From: Octopus bimaculoides
Lineage: Eukaryota
Direction: 5' to 3'
Assembly (NCBI RefSeq): GCF_001194135.2
Contig: NC_068995.1
Span: 38,390,690 to 38,453,687 of the forward strand
Length of the DNA: 62,998 bases
How positions within the stretch are numbered: position 1 is the first letter of the stretch; the number at the start of each line of letters is the position of its first letter. Under the pieces are notes generated by a model, which saw nothing but the letters and a program-made list of their open reading frames with translations, did no database searches and had not been told where the DNA came from. This document shows, piece by piece, positions 21,740 to 35,804 of the stretch. A program made the translations under genes and the position numbers.

Positions 21740-22163
21740 GTTATTACGACATGAAGTGTATATATTTAATGATAAAGTAACCATAACTATCTATCATTAT
21801 TTATAGTCTTTGAACCATTAAAATAATGGTGAGTCTTCTCGCACTAATTATGTATTCTCTAAGCAATAGCAGTGGCGGCTTGTGTATAGGAACTGCGGAA
21901 CTGCAACACCCCATATTTCCACTCGAAAATATCGATAACATTCAATATAATGAGTCCTTTTTTTTCTTTAATTCTTTCTTTATACTTGTATATCATTTAG
22001 TCCTTAATCTTAATATCAGTAACAATTCCCTAGTGCACGAAAACATAGGATAATCGTTGTATTGAACTGTGCGCTTCGAAGTTCTAGCGATGCGGGTTTT
22101 GGCTGTTGTGCGAATGCTCACTTGTCCGAAATAGGAAGCTTCACACTAGGGAGAGTGAGAGAG

Positions 22164-22206
<43 letters not shown>

Positions 22207-24065
22207 GCGAGAGATAGATAGAGAGAGAGAGAGAAAGCATTGCGTGAACGACAGTGCCGGATGAAAGGTAGTGTTTCTTTTTGACTCCGCGTGTTGTGCT
22301 TGAAACGTGTTTATATTATTGAATGTGATAAAGTGTAGAATTATACTATTATCCTGCTTCCAGCTTCAATGTTGCTACAAGGATTTGATAAATAGGGCAG
22401 CCACCCCTTATTTGGTGATTTAGTGGGTTTTTTTGAAAAACAAGGGGGACTTTGCGGTGAGGTTCAGTGAACAAATTTAACACGTTACCCGACAGTGGCT
22501 ATAACACGAACCGATCAAGTTTATGTATAAATTTTCTTTTTATGTCAGTTTCATTTTACACACTATTAAAACAACGACTAAAGAGTTTCTGAATCAGCAC
22601 CATAACTAATTTTATCTACGAGTTGCCACTGTGTAATAGCGAAGATCACTATCAGTTCAAATCCGTTCAAATATTTCTCATATCATATTCACTTCAGCAT
22701 ATTTTGTCAGCTCTGCAATATAAATAAAGATGCCCACAACTCATAATCATGAATAATTAATAGTTTCAAATTATGGCAAAAGACCAGCAGATTTCAAAGG
22801 AGGGGAAAGTGGATTACTTCGATTCCAGTGCTTAACTGGTGCTTTTTTATCGACCTCAAAATTATGAATGCCACAGATTACCTTGACTTAGAGCGTACAG
22901 CTAGAAGAAATACCAATGCTCATTTTGTGCGACATACGAACGATCCTGGCACCCTACTGACCTATTATTTTACAAAAATAATATTTCTTATTTCCACGTA
23001 GAGGTGTCACATAGATATTTCATAAATGACCTTTCTTAAAATTTTCTTGTGATTTTTATGTTATTTTTACTTTTAGATGTGGATCAAGTATTACTCAAAT
23101 GCATCTACAATATTATTACATTTGTTTATAATCACTTGTTTATAACCACTTGCAATGTGACATAGATTCATTTATACAAATTATTTACAAAATGTCTTCT
23201 TAAACACAGGTCTATAACTAAATCTAATCGTATTATTTAATGATAACATTACAAAAGTGTGTGCTTTTAATTCTATGTAACTAATAAAATGCATTATGGC
23301 GGCCTTAAATATATTTATAAAGACCTTGAAAGCTTCAATTTAAATTATTAATACCCTACATGCAAAACTTACACTGGCGTCTTGAGATACAGCGGTCTAC
23401 TTTAGAAAATGTTAATCCTTATAGACAAGCACCATACTGACATTGTATAAGATGACTGTCTATTTTTGAGTAAAAATATTTTATCCTATTCCAAGAGAAA
23501 TCTGTGCTGCACCGAAAAACTGATTCTGATATGCTGCTGACATTCTTCAAAAATGTTAATTTTCAGACAATTATCACTAATACAACTGTTGCCAAATACT
23601 ATGCAACCTTTGATGTATTTGTTTAGTATATCTTATTATTGTTTCGATACATTTTATCTTTGTGATTTTCTCTAATTTTTACATTTGCACCTGGTGAATT
23701 TCGTTCTTTAGGCTTATTATATCGAAGTACATAATGCATTTTGTTTTTCTTTCCCTCATGTTCACCTCTGAAAAGACATTTTGCACAAGGATTATACTTT
23801 ACTTATTTTATAATATTTATTTATGTTGCATTTCTATTCATCACTGGGTAATTCTGCTTTATTTTTGCTATATTTAAACATTAACGCTATCTGTATGGGT
23901 ACATATATGGTACTTAAAATTATATAAGCATATACATTTTTGCATCTAGGCATGCATTTGCATACATATGTATGAATATATAATTTATTTATTTATTTAG
24001 GCGCTTAAGCGTGTATACATACTCTTGTAAGTGAAACCGTAACCGTTTCTATGTGTCGGTGTATG
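21740..24065. repeat. Spacer block X copy C, interrupted by a hAT-type MITE
   Basis: Matches 140-700 and 1750-2690. Confidence 0.85.
21870..22631. mobile_element. Non-autonomous hAT-type element (MITE), 762 bp
   Basis: Imperfect TIRs CAGTGGCGGCTTGTGTATA and, on the reverse complement, CAGTGGCAACTCGTAGATA; degenerate 8-bp TSD AGCAATAG/TGTAATAG; absent from spacer copies A and B. Confidence 0.75.
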
Positions 24066-25442
24066 TATATAAATATCTATGTGTATATACATGAAAACAT
24101 ATGGATATAAAATTTTGCTATACTAAATTATATTTCAAACTTAACATACACGCCGTTTCGTTTATCCACCGGATTTCGTCTGTCAGAGTGAAAATATTGA
24201 GGAATATATACAGTTTCCCTTTTTCTGGTTATATGTATTTTTTATATACACATTTGAACATATTGAACCACTTTTTTATTCTGTGTATATTCTTTTGAAT
24301 GTAGTAAATCCATACACACAGACACCACACACGCACACTCACATACTTATGCACGTATACATACACATAAGCATATATTCATGCATGCATACACATATAC
24401 ATCTACACACAGACACACACATATATATATATGCATATATATNNNNNNNNNNNNNNNNNNNNNNNNNNNNNNNNNNNNNNNNNNNNNNNNNNNNNNNNNN
24501 NNNNNNNNNNNNNNNNNNNNNNNNNNNNNNNNNNNNNNNNNNNNNNNNNNNNNNNNNNNNNNNNNNNNNNNNNNNNNNNNNNNNNNNNNNNNNNNNNNNN
24601 NNNNNNNNNNNNNNNNNNNNNNNNNNNNNNNNNNNNNNNNNNNNNNNNNNNNNNNNNNNNNNNNNNNNNNNNNNNNNNNNNNNNNNNNNNNNNNNNNNNN
24701 NNNNNNNNNNNNNNNNNNNNNNNNNNNNNNNNNNNNNNNNNNNNNNNNNNNNNNNNNNNNNNNNNNNNNNNNNNNNNNNNNNNNNNNNNNNNNNNNNNNN
24801 NNNNNNNNNNNNNNNNNNNNNNNNNNNNNNNNNNNNNNNNNNNNNNNNNNNNNNNNNNNNNNNNNNNNNNNNNNNNNNNNNNNNNNNNNNNNNNNNNNNN
24901 NNNNNNNNNNNNNNNNNNNNNNNNNNNNNNNNNNNNNNNNNNNNNNNNNNNNNNNNNNNNNNNNNNNNNNNNNNNNNNNNNNNNNNNNNNNNNNNNNNNN
25001 NNNNNNNNNNNNNNNNNNNNNNNNNNNNNNNNNNNNNNNNNNNNNNNNNNNNNNNNNNNNNNNNNNNNNNNNNNNNNNNNNNNNNNNNNNNNNNNNNNNN
25101 NNNNNNNNNNNNNNNNNNNNNNNNNNNNNNNNNNNNNNNNNNNNNNNNNNNNNNNNNNNNNNNNNNNNNNNNNNNNNNNNNNNNNNNNNNNNNNNNNNNN
25201 NNNNNNNNNNNNNNNNNNNNNNNNNNNNNNNNNNNNNNNNNNNNNNNNNNNNNNNNNNNNNNNNNNNNNNNNNNNNNNNNNNNNNNNNNNNNNNNNNNNN
25301 NNNNNNNNNNNNNNNNNNNNNNNNNNNNNNNNNNNNNNNNNNNNNNNNNNNNNNNNNNNNNNNNNNNNNNNNNNNNNNNNNNNNNNNNNNNNNNNNNNNN
25401 NNNNNNNNNNNNNNNNNNNNNNNNNNNNNNNNNNNNNNNNNC

Positions 25443-25790
25443 CAGAGAAGAAAGTCTTTGTCTCTAGACCTTTCAGACGCGTCCACCATACACATTCTTT
25501 CGCCATAGCCACAAGTACGATGAAAATAGCTCTTCCTTCCCGTTTAAAGGAAGGAGCCGCGACAATATTCACGATAGACTCGGCTGATAGACCGACTCGT
25601 CCCACACGCGATAGCAGTTGTTCGACGTAAGCCCACAGCTCGGAAATGGTGGGCATCTCGGACAGGTCGGCCCCGTGTTTCTCGAGCCATGCCTGTAGAG
25701 CTTATCCCGAACGGGTAGTGCTTCTCGATAACACTGCCAGGCCAGGGATCTCTGGAAGTTGTCCATAGGTCCCGGTCCGAAGGTCGTCAG
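25443..25790 (-). mobile_element. L1/Tx1-clade LINE ORF2 C-terminal remnant
   Basis: FQRSLAWQCYREALPVRDKLYRHG...TCPRC followed by LWAYVEQLL...AMAKECVWWTR (zf-RVT-type region). Confidence 0.8.
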
Positions 25791-26512
25791 ATAGACAGGT
25801 AGATAGATAGATAGATTCATGACATTTATTTATTTAGATTCTACCGTGTCTGTGTATTCGATATCTGTCCACTCAAGACTTGCTCATTGTATTTATGTAA
25901 TATAGAGAATGTTATGGTTGTTCAAATTGTTCGTGCGTCCCAGCCTTCATCATTCTCTCTGTCTCATTTACCTTAGTATTATTAAAGTTTCTACCACTGT
26001 TACCCTAATTTTCCAGGTGTAAAATGCTACTCCACATTTATACATATATATACTAGCAAAGAGTGTTCCTTCAATCCATAATATTCTCTCTCGTTTCTCT
26101 CTCTCACACTATATTTATCTTCTTCTCTAATATTCTCTCTCAAAGCCAACCTCCACTGTTTTGTGTCACTAACTTCGTATATCAACTTTTTTGGTTTCTC
26201 ATAATGATTAACCTGTATTTTAATTTTATTTATAAAATATTTCTTCCACGATAATCCTATTTCATTTATGTGCATCATCGCATTCCTGATAAGATGTTTT
26301 TCATTCACTGCATTTTATTTATACACAACTCAATGCTATTTGTTATATCCAACGACATTTATACTATGCAAGTTATTTTATTAAATCTTCATTCGATATG
26401 TGTTCACATTTTAATATAATTTTTCGTTACGGTTTATGGCGTTTATCCAAGAAATAACCTGTTAGTTTGCACAGGAGTTGCCTAATCAGCTATAAATGTG
26501 TATTCGATGAGA

Positions 26513-26700
26513 TACGAGGACATATCAAAAAGTTCACGGATTAGTTCACTCGTACACCAACTGATGGCAGTATGTGGTTGCTTATGCAATGAAATCTATC
26601 AGTGACTCTCATGGGGCAGTGTCGAGTGGCGTCGTTGTTTTTACTTCGCATGTAGTGAAATTAGTGTTTCTGTGATCACGTGTTTGCTGTAATGCGGGAA
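26513..26700 (+). mobile_element. Probable mariner 5' end (TIR and 5' UTR)
   Basis: TA-CGAGGACATATCAAAAAGTTC resembles mariner TIRs; no transposase was found. Confidence 0.4.
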
Positions 26701-27171
26701 CGGTTTGACAACAACTCGTTGTAATGATAAATACCTAGAATCTTCAGCTAATTTATTATTCTGAATGTTCAAAACTTCCCAACGAATGGTTACGTGAAAC
26801 GGCGTGGAAAAATTTATGGAATTCATACAGTTTCAATAANNNNNNNNNNNNNNNNNNNNNNNNNNNNNNNNNNNNNNNNNNNNNNNNNNNNNNNNNNNNN
26901 NNNNNNNNNNNNNNNNNNNNNNNNNNNNNNNNNNNNNNNNNNNNNNNNNNNNNNNNNNNNNNNNNNNNNNNNNNNNNNNNNNNNNNNNNNNNNNNNNNNN
27001 NNNNNNNNNNNNNNNNNNNNNNNNNNNNNNNNNNNNNNNNNNNNNNNNNNNNNNNNNNNNNNNNNNNNNNNNNNNNNNNNNNNNNNNNNNNNNNNNNNNN
27101 NNNNNNNNNNNNNNNNNTGTGTGTGTGTGTTGTGTGTTGTGCTGTGTGTGTGTGTGTGTGCGTGTGTGAGT

Positions 27172-27476
27172 GGAGACGCAATGGCCCAGTGGCTAGGGTA
27201 GCAGACTCGCGGTCGTAGGATCGCGGTTTTGATTCTCAGACCGGACGTTGTGAGTGCTTATTGAGTGAGAACACCTAAAGTTCCACGAGGCCCCCGGCAG
27301 AGAGCGGTAGCGAACCCTGCTGTACTCTATCACCACTACTTTCTCTCGCACTTGCTCTTTCAGTTGCACCTGCAATTCAAAGGGCCAGCTTTGTCACACT
27401 CTGTGTCACGCTGAATCTCCCCTATAAGGCAACACGCGTCTGTGGATTGCTCAGCCACTTGCACGCTAATTTCACG
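27172..27476 (+). mobile_element. tRNA(Arg)-like-headed SINE of a second family, 3'-truncated
   Basis: A-box TGGCCCAGTGG, anticodon-like GACTCGCGGTC, B-box GGTTTTGATTCTC; body ends GTCTGTGGATTGCTCAGCCACTTGCACGCTAATTTCACG, which resembles the Nin/Deu domain (from recall). Confidence 0.75.
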
Positions 27477-27838
27477 TGAAAGATTTACGATTACATTCCC
27501 TTATACCTTACGTCATGGACGCTTCTCTCTCTCCCTCTTTTTTCTCTCCTTCTTTTTCTCTCTTCTCCCTCATTTCTGCCTCTTTCTCTCTGATCACGTG
27601 AAAGCATTACCGACAGGCTAAGTAACGCAACGACAAGTGGAATTATTATAAGATAACTGTATGAAATTAATATTCCTTTATAGTTTTCTTTTGAAGTATT
27701 TCACATGGGAAAATAATCTCATTTGACCAGAAGCTATTCACTTTAAAGCTTTAAATATATTACATGCCTCTCCTTCTAATCGAAAAGCGTGTGTCTATCA
27801 CGTTATTAATCAAATTAAGTGTATACAAACACGCGCGT

Positions 27839-27879
<41 letters not shown>

Positions 27880-28556
27880 CACATATATATTCATATAGAT
27901 ATGTGCGTGTGTGTACATAAAACACACACAAGCACACATATGTGTGCGTAACCAATATAACATATAACATCACGTTAAACGATTATATTGTCAATTCCTC
28001 TCTGTTAACACATGGAAAACAGTCACATATAACATGCCTAAATAATGCTATTATTTGTATTAGTAAACGCGTGGAAAACTGGGCGTTACGTATATTCAAG
28101 AGCTCTATTTGAAATAACTGCGTTGGATTACTACATGTACTTAAAGCATTCTTTTCCTTCAAATAAACGAAAAGTCGTATTTTCAAAGTTCACAAATGGC
28201 GACTACATTTAAATGCATACATTGTAAGCAAATTTCACTTGATTTACAGTCTCTTCTTACGATTCTGTTCATTTTATTACAGCATGACTCTGTCTGGAAT
28301 ATGTGTATCTAATTTTATCATGACACAATACTCTTACAGTGATTCAGATATCCATTATTTATCATTAGTTTTGAAGTTTCAACTGTTATTTAGATTCGTG
28401 GTCATAAGATCATGATATAATAATAAAGTTAGAAATACATAAGAGGGAGGCTAAATTTCATTAAAATTTCTGCGTAGAACTTATATTTGTTCGGGAAATC
28501 CCTCAAATGACCTTCGTTCGGGATTAGACAGATCGTTGACATAGGAATAATGAAAT

Positions 28557-28705
28557 CCTTTCAACTATAGGCTCAAGGACTGAAATTTTGCTGGGGGGTA
28601 GGTGGATAGTCGATTACTTCGACCCCAGTACGTAACTGGTACTTATTTCATTGAGCCCAGAAAGTTGGCGGCGAAATGTCCTTAAGCATTTTGTGCGGCG
28701 TGGTA
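28557..28705 (-). mobile_element. tRNA-type SINE, degenerate
   Basis: AGTCGATTACTTCGACCCCAGTACGTAACTGGTACTTAT is the reverse complement of the SINE body. Confidence 0.75.
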
Positions 28706-28744
28706 AATAAATGCTTTGCCTTCATTTCCGGTTTTTTTTTTCAG

Positions 28745-28945
28745 AATGTGGAAATTATTAGCACGTTGGACCAAATGCTTAGTGTCATTACATCCACATT
28801 TACGGTCTGATTTCAAATCCCCCGCGGTTGAATTTGTCTTCCATCCTTTCGGAATTGATAAATTAAGTGCCAGTGAAACACTGGGGTCGATGTAATCGAC
28901 TTAATGCTCTTCCCCAATCTGCCCTTGTGGCAAACGTTTGAGATG
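28745..28945 (+). mobile_element. tRNA-type SINE, degenerate
   Basis: TTAGCACG...AAATGCTTAG...TTCCATCCTTTCGG...CACTGGGGTCGATGTAATCGACTT. Confidence 0.8.
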
Positions 28946-29570
28946 ATAATAATAATAATTATTATCATTGTCATTTTTAATTTTAATCTGCATGTTTATT
29001 ACAGTCTCTCGCCGAGACACACCCAGCGACGTAGGACAAGTCAAGGATAAGAGACGTTACAGTATGACTGAAAGTTTGGCGAGGGGAGGTAGTGAAATAT
29101 CCTTATATAATACGTAGCTAAATATTTGCTACGTTTTAGGTCCCCCCGTGAATACTGATAGGACTTGCGTTGTATATTATGTGTATGTACAACCTTTATA
29201 TCTCTATACTTTTTACTTAGATTTCTTATATTTTTAATATATTTTTTACATTTTTATAGATATATTGTTTAGTATATATTTTACACATTTTTTCTGTATT
29301 CTCGGTTCTACCCTGAATTTTTCCTGTGCGCGCTTGTGGATGTGTGCGTATGTGCGGGTACGTGCGTATATTGATGTGTGTGCGTGCATGCGAAAATGTG
29401 CGCATATGGACGTGTTTTGCCCTGATAGCTTTTTCACACTATTATACACTTTTCTTCTGTTGCTTTTTTTTTTGTTTTTGCCTTTAGCACTGTTTTTACT
29501 TGGGCATGTGCGTATGTTGACGTGTGTATGAGCCGTTTTTGCGCCATCATGTGTATGGATGCGAATGTCT

Positions 29571-29615
<45 letters not shown>

Positions 29616-30295
29616 GGAATACATAGATAGATAAACACGCAAGCACACAGACAGCTAGTCAGATAGACAGATATACATATGCATACACACATATGTGTGT
29701 GTGTGTGTACATATATATATATATTACTTGTTTCAGTCACTTGACTGCGGCCATGCTGGACATATATATACATATATATCTCGGGCCATCTCATGAATAA
29801 TGCGTGTTTTAAATACCATGAAAGAAAAGTCGGAGGGAGACGGGAAAAACTACGTGCATCGACTTGCTATAAAAGCAGGTAATAATTTGACACAGAATTT
29901 AAATGTCTGCATGAATGTGAGATCTGTTGATTTTCCTCAATAATATGTACAATACGAAGTGAAAATTATCAATCATATAGATAGTGGGATTCAATAAAGA
30001 GTTATTATTTTACAACAGTTATAAGTTTTGCATAATATTAGTGGCGACATGAACAAACAACTCCATAAAAGAAGTAAAGAACATCTATTTTTAGAGGGAA
30101 TAGTAGGAACGTAGGTAAATAAAATAGTAAATGTATACACACTAAAAAAAAATTATACGCTCCCACACAAAATATATAAACACTATCGCACACAATGTGT
30201 GTATGTCAAAAAGAAAAGTATTGATTTGCAAATATATACATACGCATACACACACACACACGNNNNNNNNNNNNNNNNNNNNNNNNNTGTGTGTG

Positions 30296-30327
<32 letters not shown>

Positions 30328-33097
30328 ACAACAGCGCTTTTGAGATACATCCCAAATTGATTGATTCATTTTATTTTTATGTATAAAAATTTATGTTCAT
30401 TTTCCTTTCTTGAAGTTGTTTGAACAATGATATTTGAAAATTCATCTTAAGATGGTTATACTTCCAAAGGAATTGCAAATCAATATTTTTTCTTTTTTGA
30501 TATCTTTTTTGATATCTTTTTTTTCTTTTTTGATACGCATAAACACATTGCGTAAGTCTGATCGTGCTTATGTATCTTGTGTGGGCGCTTATAATTTTTT
30601 GAGTGTGTATACATTTACAATTTTATTTACCTTCTTTCCTACCATACCCTCTAAAAATAGACGTTGTTTACTTCTTTTATGGTCTTGTTTGTTCATGTCG
30701 CCAGTAATACCATGCAAAACATATGACTGTTGTAAAATAATAACTATTTACTTAATTCCCAGTATCTATATGATTGATAATTTTCACTTCTTATTGAATA
30801 TGTCTCATATTCATGCATACATTCTGTGTCAAATTGATAGATTTGGTAATGTGCATTGATCTATTCCTCAACATGTAAGCCATGAAATCCTGAAGGAAGA
30901 TTTCATTTTGACATTGTTCCCAAAAATTTTATTTTGACAAGAACAAGGAAATCAATTTGAGACGATATTGCCATCTGCTATAACCAGTATAATTAGACGA
31001 AAGAACCGAGTTTCGCAGTTAATAGTGTGATATGAAATCTACTTGTCATTTATACTAGGCATTATAGCTTTTTAACGCCGGATGTCATGAAGTATCGACA
31101 AGTAAATTTGAATATTGGAGTGTTTGAACAAGTAGTCAGGTTATTCCCTATTCTATTACCATTGTAAATATCTCTGATTATATTATATTAATATGATGTA
31201 AATGTCCCGTGACTTAACGGCGTTATACATATATTTGTACATCTTTTATCTCCATTATTTAATTAAAAAAGGAGAGTCGAGTGTTTATTTAGTTCCTAAA
31301 TGCTTAATTGACCATGCAGTTTTATTTCAAGTTACGTTGCATTGATAATTTCCAAAAGTGAATGAAATAAATATAAATTTATCTGAATCTACTTGCAAAA
31401 AGCCCAAAGGAAAAAAAAAAGGAATAAGAATGAATTAAATAATAAAAAAATGAAATAAGAATATATAAAAAAAAATCTCTTTCAGGGATTCTGTCCGCTC
31501 GAGGGAAATTTCTCCCTCACTTTTATTTCTTAGCAAAGCCTACTTTTCTCTTTGACTCTTACACTAAACACATTCGCAAGAAGACATCAGCGGTCGCCAC
31601 CAGTCAAATTTCACACGTATACATACATACATACATACATTTATGCATACATACATACACACACACACACACATGTATATATGAGTGTGTATGCATATAT
31701 ATATATGTGCATATTTTTATGTCACTCTCTCTCTCTCTATATATATTTATATAAATATGTGTGTATNNNNNNNNNNNNNNNNNNNNNNNNNNNNNNNNNN
31801 NNNNNNNNNNNNNNNNNNNNNNNNNNNNNNNNNNNNNNNNNNNNNNNNNNNNNNNNNNNNNNNNNNNNNNNNNNNNNNNNNNNNNNNNNNNNNNNNNNNN
31901 NNNNNNNNNNNNNNNNNNNNNNNNNNNNNNNNNNNNNNNNNNNNNNNNNNNNNNNNNNNNNNNNNNNNNNNNNNNNNNNNNNNNNNNNNNNNNNNNNNNN
32001 NNNNNNNNNNNNNNNNNNNNNNNNNNNNNNNNNNNNNNNNNNNNNNNNNNNNNNNNNNNNNNNNNNNNNNNNNNNNNNNNNNNNNNNNNNNNNNNNNNNN
32101 NNNNNNNNNNNNNNNNNNNNNNNNNNNNNNNNNNNNNNNNNNNNNNNNNNNNNNNNNNNNNNNNNNNNNNNNNNNNNNNNNNNNNNNNNNNNNNNNNNNN
32201 NNNNNNNNNNNNNNNNNNNNNNNNNNNNNNNNNNNNNNNNNNNNNNNNNNNNNNNNNNNNNNNNNNNNNNNNNNNNNNNNNNNNNNNNNNNNNNNNNNNN
32301 NNNNNNNNNNNNNNNNNNNNNNNNNNNNNNNNNNNNNNNNNNNNNNNNNNNNNNNNNNNNNNNNNNNNNNNNNNNNNNNNNNNNNNNNNNNNNNNNNNNN
32401 NNNNNNNNNNNNNNNNNNNNNNNNNNNNNNNNNNNNNNNNNNNNNNNNNNNNNNNNNNNNNNNNNNNNNNNNNNNNNNNNNNNNNNNNNNNNNNNNNNNN
32501 NNNNNNNNNNNNNNNNNNNNNNNNNNNNNNNNNNNNNNNNNNNNNNNNNNNNNNNNNNNNNNNNNNNNNNNNNNNNNNNNNNNNNNNNNNNNNNNNNNNN
32601 NNNNNNNNNNNNNNNNNNNNNNNNNNNNNNNNNNNNNNNNNNNNNAGGAAGTAGAAGAATAGGTGAGCAACGAGAGGAAAAGAGGAAGAGAGGAAGTACG
32701 AGGGGGGAAAAGGAGACACGTATTAGTAACAGAGGAAGAATGAGAAGGGTAAAGAGAGATACGTAGTAGTAAACAGAGGAAGAACGAGAGGGAGAAAAAT
32801 GAAGAGGAAGCAAAAGAGAAAGAGAAAGAGATAGAGTAGCGTCGGAAAATATAAAGTTGCGAAAACTACTTACAGATTGGTGACGCTGCGTTCGGTCATG
32901 AAAAAACAAATAGTAAATAAGTATATGCATATATACGTACAGGTATGTGCATACCGACATCCACCTGTATGTATAGGTGCATATACAAACACACACACAC
33001 ACACACACACACACTCATATATGTATGCATGTATATATATATACATCCCTACATATATATATATGTATATATGTATGCATGTATATATATATACATG

Positions 33098-33760
33098 TCC
33101 CTTCATCGGAGACGGTGTGAGAAGATGGTTAAGCAATAGTTATTCTAGATAAGATATGAAATAGAGAGTGAAGTGTTGGAATGAAAATAGATGTGAGACA
33201 TGTAGGGATATTGCATCTGTAGATCCATTATATAGGCAGAATGGTATGCATAAAAGATTCCAGTATCTTGTGAGTAAGTTCTAATAGCATTTAAAATTGG
33301 TCATTTCAAGAATCGAGTTTGTACGCGGTGTTATTGAACCGAGGGTTTTATTTAAAGTGACTTAAAAGTTGGGAATGTATTTGTAAGGTCAAATGGAAAA
33401 CATGAAGGGAGGAGCAAAAGAAAAGATAAACGAACAAAGAAAAAAAGAAAGCAATGAAGAGAGGGAAAGTGTACTGGTTAGTGGTCAGTCAAGATAAATT
33501 GATATAAGGAATGTGGAGCTGAGAGTGATAGAGAGAGAAAGATATGTTTGAAAAGATGATAAGGTAAAGGAGTGTCAGATAGAAGGAATGGGAGTGATGG
33601 TTGATAGAGAGTGAAAGGTATGAGAGTTTGAAGTGTAAAGTAGTGTCAAGTATGTAGTGAGAGAGCCTAAGAGAGGCGCAGAGAAAGGGGAAAGGCTAGT
33701 AAAATGGTTGAATGAAGATTTGGGAATATAGGTCAGGTTGGTTAGAGGACAGGTCAGTGC
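33098..33760 (-). mobile_element. Penelope-like fragment sharing the terminal motif of 2796-2850
   Basis: TCCCTTCATCGGA(G/A)ACGGT is shared with 2830-2848; similar strand-biased G/A-rich body. The left boundary is supported, the right boundary approximate. Confidence 0.45.
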
Positions 33761-33972
33761 TTAGTAGTAGAATAATATACATATATGTGAAGATGTATAC
33801 ATGCATATATTAAACATGTATATAGATATTAATACATATCAACACCTACACATACAACACGCACTCATATGTATATGTACATACGTAGTCCCATATATAC
33901 GCGTATCTGTATGTACTATCGCCTCTGTATACGCAGGTATATATACCTTACACATATACATACACACGCAGG

Positions 33973-34003
<31 letters not shown>

Positions 34004-34071
34004 ATACACACACACATACACAAACATACACACACACACGCGTATATACGTGCGCACGCATATAAATACGA

Positions 34072-34612
34072 ATATCCGTCTGAAAATCGTCCCATAGTCC
34101 CAGAGTATCGTTACCTTTCCATCCTCCTACATAACTTTACTTGGTACATGCTCAGACCAGTTCTGTGTTACTTCATATTGGTATTTACGGCATAAAAACC
34201 AACGAAGATACACATACACTTTATTGTGGAGGCGCTTGTATTCTTTTTATGCAAGGCATCCACTCACCAAGTAGGTCACACATTTTCCACGCTCTATACA
34301 CGACGTCTGCATTTCTGGGTGTCAGAAGCTTTATTGATGTTATACTCCACTGAATTTGTAGCGAGAGTCTGATCTTGTGCAGCAATTATCAGGCTTTCGG
34401 TGGTACGCTTCAAATCACCTTGCTCAAATCATGCCCATGATGCTGTATTATCCTTAACGTTTTGTGCATTACTTTCAAACTATCCATGCATTCTCATTTC
34501 AAGAAGGACTTCATTACTCTCTCCGTAGCTCGTCGATTAAACTCCTCCTTCTGCATTTACACCCATATCTTTTGCGGTATATTGCAGCAGGTCTTCATCA
34601 CTATTTATCAAA
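34072..34612 (-). mobile_element. R4/Dong-clade LINE remnant
   Basis: Minus strand: SWA*FEQGDLKRTTESLIIAAQDQTLATN, CCHC-region remnant, NWSEHVP and TILWDY. Confidence 0.85.
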
Positions 34613-34624
34613 TACTCGACAAGC

Positions 34625-34831
34625 GCCGATTTTTAAGGGAAAGAAAAAGGTCAATAAATACTTGCCATTACATTATTAATCAACCAAATATGAAGCATTT
34701 TGTTGCACAATGCGTCTCCATCTTTCCTTTAACTTGAAAATATCCTCTTCCCAGAATTGAGGTGGTTTCATGGCAAATAAGTCGAAAGGTAAGCTACTAT
34801 AAATCGGCACGGAACTTTCTGGACAACCCAA

Positions 34832-34833
<2 letters not shown>
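34625..34833 (-). mobile_element. Internally deleted mariner element
   Basis: TIR TATTGGGTTGTCCAGAAAGTTCCGTGCCGATTT (minus strand) joined to the transposase C-terminus PPQFWEEDIFKLKERWRRIVQQNASYLVD*; only the inner part of the second TIR (GCCGATTT) remains. Confidence 0.8.
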
Positions 34834-34895
<62 letters not shown>

Positions 34896-34920
34896 GTTGT
34901 TGTTGTTGTTGTTGTTGTTA
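34832..34920. repeat. (ATT)n(GTT)n microsatellite, i.e. (AAC)n(AAT)n on the minus strand
   Basis: Seen directly. Confidence 0.95.
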
Positions 34921-35804
34921 TCACACAATCGTTATTATGAACCCATATTATTGTTGTTATTGACATTATCAATATTATAATCGCTATAATTTTCGTAATA
35001 TTTTTAAATTCCTTTACGTGGTGACGACACTTTTACTACCGCTTTTAAAAGAATTAATGAATGACGATTAGGTATGGAATACAGTGTGTTATATATACAT
35101 TGTAGTTTGTAAAACTGTAATACCTGAATGCCATAAATCAATAAAACAGAGTTGAAATGTATTATTATTATTATTTAGATTATATGAATGTTTCTGCATG
35201 CGCTGTAATCATTTTGTAACGTGAAATGAAATTAGATTTATTGACGCTGACACAATATGAATTCCCATTGCCATCTATGCGTCTTGATTGTATTTGTGCA
35301 ATGGTTACATTAATCTCATTAATACATTAATATCGAAGTTAAAGTAATTGGTGTATTGAATGAAGAAAATTGTAATTACTTCAATTATATGATTAATATC
35401 ACATGTATATGAATTTTTGCTTAAGGAACAGTGATCATATATTAGGATAATTAACAACATTCAACATTATTAAATGTGAAGACCCAAATCTATTCCAAAC
35501 GTGCTGTGCGTGGAGATTTTTCTCAGAGCAACAACCTAACAGTTATGGAGTGATTTCATATTCTACAGGTAATAAAATGTAACATTGAATTTTGGCATAG
35601 AGTTCATTGATTTGAAATTTAAGGATGCATGTAATTTGATTTGTCTGAGTCAGAAAACGATTACAACATAAAATAGTATTAATCTCTATGAATGAGCCTT
35701 GGATGAAGATCCCTACTCTAATTTTATTCCGCAATTTATAAATAGTTGTTCTCAAGTCTAATAAGCATATAGTCACTATATTCTATGGTAAAATATATGA
35801 ATTA

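Noticed and set aside
27172-27250. tRNA gene
   Set aside because: The tRNA-like head continues into a SINE body, and the acceptor stem and B-box are degenerate.
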